Assembly: GCF_000143415.4 (NCBI RefSeq)
Contig: NW_003314309.1
Span: 856,641 to 920,640 of the forward strand
DNA: 64,000 nt
Source of the DNA: Selaginella moellendorffii
Lineage: Eukaryota; Plantae; Lycopodiophyta
Direction of reading: 5' to 3'
Position 1 is the stretch's first letter, and each line of letters opens with the position of its first letter. Below the pieces are notes generated by a model. The model was not told the DNA's origin. It did not search any database and saw only the letters and a list, made by a program, of their open reading frames with translations. The translations under genes and the position numbers were made by a program. Below are positions 36,941 to 48,947 of the stretch, in pieces.

Positions 36941-38307
36941 TCTCAATAGTATAACACCAAGCTCTTCAATCTGCTCGTCCGCCTCATATGAATCAAGTTC
37001 TTTTGTTCTTTCGCCATTACGTTTTAAGCTTGTTGTTTCTACTAACATTCGAATGCTGTCATTTTTTGCGCGATATATACCGTCACTGTGCCTTCTTCTC
37101 CCGCCCCACGCAGCTTGGCCGCCTCCCATTGGCCAAGAGCAAACATCCGAAAAATTTCTCACGCAACCATGGCTACTGACCCTGGCCCGGGCCTGGGATC
37201 CAACGGCCGGCAAGCCTCCCCGCTATCGCTTTATATGTATAGATGGCTAGCCACTTTTCTATCCTTGTCCTACCAGTGTCAACACAATCTCTTGCCTATT
37301 GTGGAGTACATGCTATGTGGCTTGAGTAGTCAAAGGCGCCAAGTTTTCTTCCACTTCCCAGTAACCAAGCAAGGACAACATTAAGATCATTCTAAAAACT
37401 TTTCAACTGCTCGTACCTCTAGCTGATCACCNNNNNNNNNNNNNNNNNNNNNNNNNNNNNNNNNNNNNNNNNNNNNNNNNNNNNNNNNNNNNNNNNNNNN
37501 NNNNNNNNNNNNNNNNNNNNNNNNNNNNNNNNNNNNNNNNNNNNNNNNNNNNNNNNNNNNNNNNNNNNNNNNNNNNNNNNNNNNNNNNNNNNNNNNNNNN
37601 NNNNNNNNNNNNNNNNNNNNNNNNNNNNNNNNNNNNNNNNNNNNNNNNNNNNNNNNNNNNNNNNNNNNNNNNNNNNNNNNNNNNNNNNNNNNNNNNNNNN
37701 NNNNNNNNNNNNNNNNNNNNNNNNNNNNNNNNNNNNNNNNNNNNNNNNNNNNNNNNNNNNNNNNNNNNNNNNNNNNNNNNNNNNNNNNNNNNNNNNNNNN
37801 NNNNNNNNNNNNNNNNNNNNNNNNNNNNNNNNNNNNNNNNNNNNNNNNNNNNNNNNNNNNNNNNNNNNNNNNNNNNNNNNNNNNNNNNNNNNNNNNNNNN
37901 NNNNNNNNNNNNNNNNNNNNNNNNNNNNNNNNNNNNNNNNNNNNNNNNNNNNNNNNNNNNNNNNNNNNNNNNNNNNNNNNNNNNNNNNNNNNNNNNNNNN
38001 NNNNNNNNNNNNNNNNNNNNNNNNNNNNNNNNNNNNNNNNNNNNNNNNNNNNNNNNNNNNNNNNNNNNNNNNNNNNNNNNNNNNNNNNNNNNNNNNNNNN
38101 NNNNNNNNNNNNNNNNNNNNNNNNNNNNNNNNNNNNNNNNNNNNNNNNNNNNNNNNNNNNNNNNNNNNNNNNNNNNNNNNNNNNNNNNNNNNNNNNNNNN
38201 NNNNNNNNNNNNNNNNNNNNNNNNNNNNNNNNNNNNNNNNNNNNNNNNNNNNNNNNNNNNNNNNNNNNNNNNNNNNNNNNNNNNNNNNNNNNNNNNNNNN
38301 NNNNNNN

Positions 38308-38416
38308 CGCGCTGTACATCGGCTCGATCATCATCGGCCTTGCCACCGGAGGCCAGTGGGCCGTGCTGTCGACCATCATCGCGGCGATCTTCGGGCTCAA
38401 GCTCTATGGAGTTCTC
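38308..38416 (+). pseudogene. Nodulin-like (NFD4-type) MFS transporter fragment
   Basis: ALYIGSIIIGLATGGQWAVLSTIIAAIFGLKLYGVL right after the gap; similarity then stops; the rest may lie in the gap. Confidence 0.65.
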
Positions 38417-39066
38417 CATCCCAAACGTTGCAAAGGAATGTTGGAAGTTGCCGGTGTGTTCTACTCTTGTCCGGGCCACGGTGCCAAGTGCTGAAACGTT
38501 CTTTGTCATGGGCGACACATGTTTCTTTGGGTGGAGCTTTCACCTTGGATCGAGTTAGGAAACGAAGGACCTACGACAACTTCTACTTTGTTGCTCTTGA
38601 TTGACACAGAAAAGAATCAGAACAAAAGCACAAAAACAGAAGGAAAAGATGAACTCACAAGAGGTTGTCGAGGATTGGCACGGAGTAGTACATTTTAATC
38701 GCGTAAAGACTCCAGTGCTCCGCCTTGGGCGCCGGCCAAACGGTAGGTCGCCACGTCCGTGTTAGATCGAGAGACCTCCCCGCGTGAACCAAAGCTGATG
38801 GCCGAGTCCTCACCTTGCGACTCCACTCCACTCCCGCGGCTTCGTTCCTCTCCAGCTCCTCCATCAATTGCCTCACCGGCCTCATTGCAAACCAGTATAA
38901 CTCGACCATGCACGTCCCCCATACCCATTGGCAGCATCTGTTGCCAAAACCAGTCAGAAACTCTCTCAGATCCGGACATGAAAGAACTTTGTCACTCAAA
39001 AGTTCTTTATTTTGTTTTTGAAACAAAAGTTTACTTAGTACCGAAGTAATTCAACCGAGGCTTCAT

Positions 39067-41090
39067 TTAGACTAGGTAGTCAAACGAGATTTTGCCATCC
39101 CAATTTTTCATTTCCAACTCGAAATCCGTTCGGACGTCCGATGTCTCCACCATGGTTACTTTAGCTCTGGTCTTGTTCCCACTCGGAAAAAGCTGTACTG
39201 AAAGGAAAACCACACACCCGTGTTCTGGAACGACTAATATTGGCGAGTCTTCCGTTGTGACATTAATCACAAACACTTGAGCAGAATGCTGCTTGGCATA
39301 CCGCTCGGCTTTCGATACGTAACCTTCCACATCATCGTTGACAACCAACTCACAGCCAAACTTGGAAAAGTTGTCGTTGTTCCGGACTAGGATGTCAAGC
39401 CGCTCCTGCAGCCGAGCTCAGAAATCAGAGAGCCTCAAAACAAAACAAAGATGCTTACCTGCGTGTCTCTTTTGTCAAGATACTCCGCAGCTATCTTAGC
39501 TTTAGGGACGAGCTTCGCATCAACCAAGGGGTACGCTTGCGTCAAAACAGCCTTTATCCTGGTGAACAACATGAATTGGTAAGAATACTTGGATAACTCC
39601 CCTGTCCGTTTTATACACTCTGGCCTGCACAATGCCTCCCCATCCAAAGTTCTAATTGCCTGGAAAACAACCCACAGAGGATCAACGCGCAACGCCTGTG
39701 CAGGAGGGTCCACCGAACCGCTCGTGATAACACATCTTCGCAATATAATACTCCGTAGCATTGGTGAAGAAATCCGCACGTCATAACCATCCGGTTTTGC
39801 CTCCTGTGCGATTAATACACCTTGAGCAATGAGATTCCGCAGCTCCAGTATCACCATCTGATCATTGCAGTGACGCTTGTCTTCTTTAAGGAACGACAGG
39901 AGCAGATCAAAGTCACGGCCAGTTGCACCCTTCTTGAAAGCGGACAGAATCTTAGAGTAAGTTTGCTGTCCAAAAACATAAGTCGAAAGATGAAACGAGT
40001 CAGTTGCCTCAATCCACTGTCTGCTAGTCCACAGCTCCCTGTCCACCAAGTAGTCCAAGCATGAACCGACTATCCCTTTGTGACCGCCTGTCAATTCTAT
40101 GACCGACGTAGCAATCCGCTCAATCTCAATCTGTACTCCTTGGAGGTCGGCTTGTGCCTGCTGCAGCAGGTTCTCAACATCGCCTACTAAGAACCTCACT
40201 GGCTCCGAAAGGAAACTGTACGAGAAAGGCGAATACAGGCTGGGCGCACTACTCGGTACATAGACCCTGTTTAGCTCCGCTGCATCTTCAGGCCGCCTCA
40301 AGTATTGAGCTTCAAGAAGATCCTTGACAGTCTCAACACCAACCAGAAGGACACCGTTGAAGTTGTAGTCGTCATCGTCTCTAATCCCTTTGAGAGTGCT
40401 GAAGAAATCGTCAAGGCAATCCGGAGAGGCTGAGAGCAACGCGTCGGCTTCATCTATAATGAGTGTAACCTTGATCGGCAGGTTCTTCACAAGAAACAAC
40501 GACCTGAAGCTCCAATCTGTGCATTCTTCGCCTGTAAGCCTAGCCGGGAACAAATCAGCACATTTTCCATGAAGATGGTCGCAAAGCGCAGCCCAGAACC
40601 TGTTCCTGCTCCAGCTTTTATCCACTGACACCTTGTCCAAATACACCACACAGATATCTGGATCAAGTGATAACTCCCTCTTCACAGCCATTGCCATGGT
40701 GCTCTTCCCGCTTTGTCGTGCGCCACATAGAACACAATACTTGCCGTGCTTCAGCTTGTCCACAAGCTGAGTAACATCAGGGGGTACGTAGTAGTGTTTC
40801 TGGGGATCCGTAATACCTCCTACGGCAAAGGTTCGCTTCGGAGCGGTATCTGGTTTGCGCACTAGTGTGAAAACGTACCTATGCCCGAGGAGCAGCTCAG
40901 TTTGCCTGCTTACTATGAAGGATCCAGTGGTATCCTCGATCGCTATGTCCTTGGCTGGCCGGTCCAGCTTGTGAGCCATGAAATCGATCACTTCTCCCGC
41001 AGTGATACCGTAAGAGAATCGCCATGGGCGGCCGAACCCAATTACCTGCACTGACTCCGCTACATCAGCGCGTCGCTTACTAGAGTCCAT
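39067..41090 (-). CDS. Crinkler(CR)-like protein: Ubl-like header + STAND/AAA NTPase + PD-(D/E)xK-like nuclease (656 aa, 2 exons)
   Basis: Exons 41090-39459 and 39405-39067 join in frame over a 53-nt GT-AG intron; Walker A GARQSGKS, Walker B LIIDEAD, SPF, TGGHKG; C-terminal YSYQ..RLDILV..GCELVV. Confidence 0.78.
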
Positions 41091-41094
41091 GATA

Positions 41095-43330
41095 AGGGTT
41101 CGATTCCTCTTGTAAGAGAATATTCGTGGAATTCTCGTATTGAGGGAATATTCGTGATTCCCTCTTAGGTCAAATTATTCAGTTAGCAGCGGCTGGCATT
41201 CCAGAGTACATTCATGATTTCCTATCCCAAATATGGAGCAGGATCACGTCCCACTCTGAAAAAGAAAGATGGCACCCTCATCTTCCTTAACCTATTTCCA
41301 GTCATGGAAAACTCAAGATGCAATTTTACTCCATGGAAAAGGATCTCTGGAGTGTGCTCTAGAGCAGCATCAAGCCAGAGGACGATGTGGATGAAAAAGG
41401 AGTGGGACACCAAGAACAAAAAAGCGTTAGGGGTCTTGGGATGAGGCCTCGGAAAGAAATATCAAAGCTACCTTGACATCAACAAGATGACAAAGGAAAA
41501 CTAGGATGCTGTGTGTGTGATCCTTGGTACAACAACCAGAGCAAGATTGTTGGAACTCAAACTACAGCTGAACAGCCATAAACAGAGGGAGACAGAATCT
41601 GTAAGTGATTTTGCCAGTGCTCTTGTCAACATTGCCAAGCAGATCGGTGCAGTTCAAATGAAGTAAAATTGCATTTGAGTTTCCATGACTGGAAATCTTT
41701 GCCATCATACACTTCCAAGGTTAAGGAAGATGAGAGTGCCATGTTTCTTTCATAGATTCTGTCTCCCCCTGGTTACGACTGTTCAGCTGTAGTTTGAGTT
41801 CCAACAATCTTGCTCTAATTGTTGTACCAAGGATCACACACACAGCATCCCAGTTTTCCTTCGCCATCTTGTTGATGTCAAGGTAGCTTCAATATTTCTT
41901 TACTGATGATGATGAGTTCGATAATGATGAGTTGATCACAGCTTTCTTCAAGGGGCTTAGCAGACCAATGCAACTCGCACATTTAAGTTCCAGTAACACT
42001 TTCGGCCAGATCATAGCCAACCTCATAGTGTTAGAGGGCTTTCACAAGTCAGGGCAAGCAAGCTCAAATGAGAAAGAATTGGCACTCTTCGCAGGAAAGG
42101 GGAAACGATTTGTCACAGTGAGACCAAGACCAACGAACGATTAGGGCGAGAGCAGCAAACCAGAAAAGTTCAAGATGAAAAAGAAGAATGATTGCTGTAA
42201 CATTTGCAAGAAACCAGGGCACTGGATACAAGATTGCCAAGAAAGCCAAGAAAGCTAAGGAGGCACAAAAAGCTGAGGCAAAGAGAGTGGCGGCAAGAAA
42301 GAACATGTTGGCCAACTTTGCTAGGACAGCAGAAAGTAGCAAGGATGACGACCAGGAGGACATGAACAACCATGGCAGCTTGTTCATGGCCCCTAGTATC
42401 CAGCAGGTTGCAAAGAATACTCTTGGCACAAGAGCAAAAGTGGTATACCTTGATTCTGGGGCAAATAAACACCATGTGATGAAGGTTCCAGGAAATAAGT
42501 GAATTTTTCTTGGCGACAATCACTCATACAAGGTGGAGGGTGTTGGGACAATTGAGATTAAACTGCCAACAAGATAGATCACCAGCGTGAAGAATGTTTA
42601 CTATGTTCCTGGAGTAAACAAGATGCTCTTCTTGGTGGGAAAGATTGCTGATCACGATCTAGAGATCACATTCACAAAGAGGATGAGTGCAATCACAGAC
42701 GTGAATGGAAATGGAATAGCTTGTGGTAGAAGACATGTCGGTCTTTATCAGCTTAGTGCCGAGGTGGTGCAGCCAATCAAAGCTCTCTTTGCTGGGATGA
42801 AAAAAGCAATGGACCTCCAGACATGGCACATGAGGCTCATGCCACACCAATCTATTGGACATCAAAGAATTAGCAGCAAAAGAGATGGTAAAAGGTTTAA
42901 GCATCACCTCATTAAGTGCAATGAAATTTTGCAAGTCATGTGCACTTGGTAAACACCATTAGCTCCTTTTTCCACAGATAGCCACTAATTGTGCTAAAGG
43001 ACCTCTAGCACTAATTCATTCTGATCTCTTTGGCAATAAGAAGTTATACTTTGTGACCTTCATAGACGACTACTCACAAACCATAGCAATGAAGTTCCTC
43101 TAGCTTAAATCAGAAGCCTTCCAGGAATACAAGGCTCAGGTGGAGTTGCAGACAGGAAAGAAAATCAAAATGCTAAATGATGAAGGCAAGGAGTATACAT
43201 TCAAGGAATTTGCCAGTTTTTGTATTTCCTTTGGAATACAGCAGCAATTTTCAATCCCTGACACAACGGTGTAGCAGAGCGAATGAATCACACACTCCAG
43301 GAGGCAGCACGAACTCTCTTGCGAGACTCT
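41095..43330 (+). mobile_element. Degenerate Ty1/Copia relic (gag-protease-integrase; no RT or LTR seen)
   Basis: CNICKKPGHWIQDC knuckle (~42197), YLDSGA protease, KNVYYVPG, WHMRL, LIHSDLFG..YFVTFIDDYS, NGVAERMN. Confidence 0.9.
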
Positions 43331-43694
43331 GGCTTGGTTGCAATTGTTCCAGCGGCTATCTCTGTGGTTGAAAAGGTTTATATCACAGTTCAGAACATCG
43401 ATGCAACGATTTAACGTGTGGTTACATCCTAATAGCGTTCAGCAAGAGTCCGGCAAAGGACTGCAGCAGGACACAGGTACTACATGCACGAAGTGTACAC
43501 AGACCACTTCTCCAGGAAGAATGTCTATGTGGCTTGAGTAGTCAAAGGTGCCAGCTTTTTTCCACTCCCTCAACCCTCAATAGGCAAGAGATTGTGTTGA
43601 AACTGGTAGGACAAGGATAGAAAAGTGGCTAGCCATAACATTGATAAAGTATGCTGCCGTTGTGATGGCCTCGCACCAAAACGATCTGTACCAG

Positions 43695-45066
43695 CTAGTA
43701 TTTTGAAGCAATGAGTCCCGGCATCTGTAACTCTATGTTGTCTTCACTCCCAGCATCAGCTAGTGCTTCAGGTGTGCCATTCACAAGAGCTAAAGGGAGC
43801 GAAGCAGTCAGCGTTAAGAGAGAATAGACAGAAAGCTTTACCTTGACAAGAAGTGATTGATGGACGCAGCGGTTGTGTCTTCCAATTGGTTAAGTGCATG
43901 CATGAGATAGCTAGTTCTTTCGTGATGTACCCGTTTCTTTCTCCTTGGGCTGCTCCAGTGGTGATGGTCAAGAAATCTTCATTACACAGCAGTGGCACTT
44001 TTCAGCTCAAACATACACTCTGATAGTTCGTTGGAGGTACGATCGCTGAGAAGGTCGACTTCTGACTGATTGATCTTTGTGCACAGGAGCTATTACAGCT
44101 GCTTTCATCTGCTGCGGAGTATGACGAGCTTCCTGTCCGGCATAACGAGGTACAGCCGCTTAGAGTCTCCGTTTACTGACCAGCACGCAATTCTTGCGCA
44201 GCAAGCACGAATGCCTGTGGACAATAAGCTGCTAGATGACCCTCATGTGAAGGCATCTTGTTGTTTCAGGTATAAAAGAAATTCTAAGTCGTGAATCCAG
44301 CGCTGAAATTTAATTGTACCAGGCTCATTTCCCACCACTGGAGCTACCAATTTCTGACTACGTGACAGACACGAAGTCAGTGCTGGACCAAAGCATACGT
44401 ATACTTCAAGCGATGGTGGATGCTGCTGCCAATGGAGGATGGCTCAGAACGACCATTCGGACTGTGCAACTCCTGCAGATGATTATGCAGGTAGAGCTGA
44501 TGATTTCATTGCAATGTTATTATAATTCGCGTCTTTGGCAAGGAACTTGGTCTGATCATTCGCCCACAGAGCTTTTGCCTTCGCTGTCCAAGCTGTTCGA
44601 GCGCTTTATGCCTCAGTCCAAGTTCATGAAGTCATACAGGTGATTATCTCCACGCTTGACGGATGGTTTGACTTTTGTCCTTCTTGCATTGTCAGGCATG
44701 GAATTTTCTTCCACGAATCGATCCTTCGTGGAGGATGCGAGATCAAAGGCTGAGTGAGGGGGACAAGTTCATGTCGTTCGCACTGGACATCGAAGTCACG
44801 TCGAAAAGCAGCACTCGATCTTTCCTGCCTCAATACTCGAAGGTGAGATACAGTTTTGATGAATAACTCTCATTGAAAGGTATGAGTTTGATCTAGGCCG
44901 CCGTAGAAATCTATCTCCTGGAATCACGAAAACAAACTAGGGAATCAATCCGCTTGGTTTGTAGTTCAAGGAAGAGGGATGGTGGATCGTTGTAGGAATC
45001 ACAAGCACTTGGGAGCTGTTCGCCATGAGGCGCGTGAGCATTCCACACAAACCAAGTGCTAGAAAT
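43695..45066 (+). pseudogene. Partial duplicate of the ASCC3 3' region (first ~190 bp inverted)
   Basis: ~43985-45066 follows 35483-36841 with introns and many deletions; ~43698-43886 is the reverse complement of ~35275-35473. Confidence 0.92.
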
Positions 45067-45299
45067 TACCTTAGAACATTTTTGCTGGCTTTGATACAAA
45101 TCCAAGTGAAGAGGCGCTCTCTATGGAAATGGTAAACACGCTCGCAAGCTATAGAATATGCCAAAAGGTACCCTAGAATATGCGAGAAGATACTCTTTAC
45201 TAGAACGATGTTACAGCAGAAACTATCTCACTCTGCCTCTCTCCTTCTCGTCGATTGTAGATCGGTCGATCGAGATCGATCTATCGCTCGATCGCTGCA

Positions 45300-45765
45300 C
45301 TAGTTGTGGAGCCTGATGCGCCGGTGGTGCATCGGATCGGGGCCGGACGGGATCGCGCGCTCCAAGACGCCAAACTTGTCCGCGCAGGGATCGCTGCCGC
45401 CCCATTTGCGCCCTCCCACCGCCATCGCCACCCCGCGCTGCTGCATGCAAGACACAAAGCCTCTGGATTGAGTCGCGAAATCGAAAGAAACCAATCGATG
45501 GATCGATCTTTCAAGAAATCGATCGAAAGAACAAGAAAGAATCGAGATTTCAAGGAAGAACAACGTCGAGAGGAAAAAGGAACACCTTCGCTGCTGCTGC
45601 TGCTGGGACCGCCTCCGATAGCCGCGAATCGGCGTCGCCGATCGAGACGAGCATTGTGAGGAGAAGCATCGCCACGAGAATCGCCGCGAGGATCAAGGCG
45701 GCGAGGCGACGAGGAGCTGGAGGAGGAGGAGGAGGAGGAGATCCAAGAGGAAGAAGGGACGCCAT
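45300..45765 (-). CDS. CLE: CLE (CLAVATA3/ESR) signalling peptide precursor, 2 exons, 106 aa
   Basis: Exon 1 45765-45586 with hydrophobic signal; intron GT..TGCAG 45585-45441; exon 2 in frame with dodecapeptide RAIPSGPDPMHH (45359-45324). Confidence 0.88.
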
Positions 45766-46054
45766 TGCGATGGAGCTCTGCCGCTCTGGAAGAATCGAGC
45801 GATCGCTCTCTCCTCTTTCTCTCGCGCGGCCGCTCTCTAGCTAACGAGAAAAAAAACGAAACAAACGAACAAACGAGAAGGGGAGAAACCTCGCATTTTA
45901 TACTCCAGCAAAGATCTCAGTGAATCACTGCGGCGGTGGATTTTCCCCCGAGTAAAAGTAATTCTCCAAGCAAGCTTACCCGGCGTACGTGGCTGCTATC
46001 CAGCCATCCACGCAGGGATTCTCACGCCTTTGCACGGCAGGGATATCCCCTTTT

Positions 46055-47517
46055 TTAGCTGTCGTCCAGAGAGATGTAAACTTTGGGCCTGGAGAAACGC
46101 TTGATCGCGTCCTCTGTTTCTCGGAGCTGCGTGTCCATGTCGATCTTGGAGCGCAGCAAGCTGGGAGTTTCGATCACCAGCGGAAGACCTCGGAGCTTGT
46201 TCTCCAGATCAACTTTGTCTGGCGGTGATCATGCAAGGATCAAGACGACGAAGATCGCAAAGAGAAACTTACTTTCTTCGAGCGTCTTTAACACCTCTTG
46301 CTTCTCCTCGTCGGGCATCAGCACAAATCCTGGAGGCAAGCTTTTAGCCTCCTCTTCCAGCAACCTGTGATCGATCAGCGTAAACTTCGTATACAGGATA
46401 GAGTTTGATGTTCTTACTTGCGTTCCGCATCGAAAGCCAGCTCCATCTTTCTCCGAATCAAACTATGGATAGAAACCATGCACGCTGTGACAAATCCTCC
46501 AAAAGAGAAAAGGAAAGAACTCACTATGCTGGTATTTTGCCGAAGCTTTCCTTGTTCTTGTTGCCATTGTTCTTTTGCTCCGGTGTCTCGTGCTTTTGTT
46601 TTTGCTTGGAAGGTGGCCGTCGAACGCCAGCCTCCTTGAAGTTCTTGGAGAGAAAGTCCGTCTCTCCAGATCTTACGCTAGCACGCGGAGGATGATCCTA
46701 TCATCCAAACAATGTCAGAAAACTTCGCTACCACTGAGCGAAAAGACGAAGAAAAATCTCGAGCTTGATGCTTACCACTTACCAGCCTGATTCTTGGAGG
46801 CTTCACAGGTGGTGGCTCCGGATCACTCGCAATCTAGATCAAAGAAACTAGTAAGAATCCACGAAAGCACAAGAAAGAAAAAGAGTGAATTCACGGACCT
46901 GTTTCATCGCGTGACTTCTAGCACTTAGTTCCGAGATGATCGCTCTGTTGTCCCTCCGATGGTCATGAGGTCTGATTCCCATGCGCTGCATCATATCTCT
47001 GCAAAGACGGGAAATTTCAATCCACGAGGAAGAAAAAAGGAAATCACCCAAGAGAAGAGCCACGCAGCTAGAAAATTTGTTCGTTATACTTTTCGTTAAG
47101 TTGTTCTTCGAACTCCACCAATCCAAAATTTCTCTGCTATCCTTGCCTGATTCCTCGCGTCGGATAGAGCAAGCTCGTGATCTGCGAGCTGTCGACATGG
47201 CTAGGCATTGGAATTCTCCTGCTCTTGAATTTCGGGAGGCCGTTAGGGTCTTCGAGGATCTGGAAGAAGAAATTCCACCGCATTGTCAGAAATCTCCAGA
47301 AAGGAGCGAAGAAAACGAGATAATCTGCGATGATCGGTCGGAAATTTCAAGCAAACGATCGATAGAGCAAGGAAGAGCAGCTAGAAGATCGATCTGACCG
47401 ATCCGAGAGCCACTCGCGCAAGAGAAGGCAGCTACCAGGATGGATTGATCGAGATCTCACCGAGGACGCCGCGGATGATACCCCATCCTTGAAGACGCTC
47501 TCATCGTCCTCGCTCAT
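46055..47517 (-). CDS. ENKD1: Enkurin domain-containing protein (cilium/centriole associated), spliced
   Basis: FGKIPAYLIRRK, PPGFVLMPDEEKQEVLKTL, LPLVIETPSLLRSKIDMDTQLRETEDAIKRFSRPKVYI. Confidence 0.82.
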
Positions 47518-47622
47518 TTCAAAGAAAAGGAAAGCGCCAAGATTAGGGCGACGTAGGGTAAATGGTCTAAAACCCTAGAAGAGGCAGGCGAGAAGCGCGA
47601 GAGGGGCGAGCTAAACGGCGCC
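47518..47622. promoter_or_regulatory. 105-bp divergent intergenic region with telo-box
   Basis: ATG-to-ATG gap between ENKD1 and eIF2-beta; AAAACCCTAG at ~47569 and TTAGGG at ~47543. Confidence 0.6.
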
Positions 47623-48947
47623 ATGGCGGACGACGACAGCAAGGACATTGCCACAGAGGTAAGCGAGCTGGACTGTTGTCTCCACAGCGCGATTGTGTGT
47701 TGGAATCGATTGGAGTGATTCCAACCGGAATGCGCTCTTCCAGATTGGACCCTTTGATCCTACCAAGAAGAAGAAGAAGAAGAAGGTCCGGATGGCGGAG
47801 GACGAGGATGGCGATGGCGTGGAGAAGCTAACGGAGAAGGTTGAGAGTCTCTCAGGTGAAATCTACGCACGTTTTCTTCTTTTTGCTCCGTTTTTTTCTT
47901 GACGAGATTGATGGCTGCAGTGTCTGTGTCTTCTTCTGTGGATAACTCCGCCGAGACTGTCTTTGCCGGGAAGAAGAAGAAGAAAAAGAAGGTACTTTCC
48001 ATCTGTGTTCTTTTGTTGGAGCTTCTGTTGTTTTCTCTAGCCTGTGGAAGCTGATGTCGCGGAAGAGGAAAACTTGGATGCTGCCGAGACTAATGGTACG
48101 TCTGATGCATATGACTGACAGAGTTCAAGCTTTTTCTTTCTCCCTTTGATAGGACTCGAAGAAGGCGAAGACGAGGAAGGAGAAGGCATTGTGCTGGGAC
48201 CGCGATATCCTTGGGAAGGAACAGACCGAGAATACTTTTATGAAGAGGTAAGAATCTGCATTTTCTCAACCAAATACGAATCCATGTCTCTTTTTTTCAG
48301 CTGCTGGGACGTGTGTTTAACATTCTCCACGAGAACAATCCCGAGCTCGCTGGGGAGAAGAGGAGGACGATCATGCGGCCTCCACAGGTGCTCCGAGAGG
48401 GTACGAAGAAGACGGTGTTTGTCAACTTCATGGATCTCTGCAAGATGTAAGCTTGGTCATACCATGTCACGGAGAGTTGTATTTCTAACTTTCTTCTTTC
48501 TTTCTTGCAGAATGCACCGACAACCCGAGCATGTCATGGCTTTTCTCCTCGCCGAGCTGGGAACGAGCGGCTCGCTCGACGGACAGCAGCGACTTGTTGT
48601 CAAGGGCCGATTCGTGCCGAAGAACTTTGAGGGGATTTTGCGTCGATACGTGAGTAAGTTCTCAATCTCTTTTCATTTCCTTCGTTTCGTTTATCTAGGA
48701 GAAATCATTTCTTTATCGATCGCAGATGAATACGTTATGTGCAATGGCTGCAAGAGCCCCGACACTATTCTTTCGAAAGAAAACCGGCTCTTTTTTCTAC
48801 GATGCGAGCAAGTAAGCATCGATCAAAGTCGTGATTCTAATTCTCTTTGTTCTTTTGTTGTTTTAGTGTGGGAGCTCTCGCTCGGTTGCTCCTATCAAAG
48901 CTGGATTCGTTGCTAGAGTGGGGAGGAGAAAGGTCACCACGGCTTAA
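47623..48947 (+). CDS. EIF2S2: Translation initiation factor eIF2 beta subunit, spliced
   Basis: Lysine boxes [33 protein letters not shown]4 finger [16 protein letters not shown]. Confidence 0.96.

Noticed and set aside
37387-38518. Long ORFs of 337 and 363 aa (also those at ~4030-4290 and ~10960-11310)
   Set aside because: Artefacts of translating through N gaps.
38655-39026. 123-aa ORF downstream of the CR-like gene as a partner or immunity gene
   Set aside because: No recognisable domain, start context or second copy; it cannot be supported from sequence alone.
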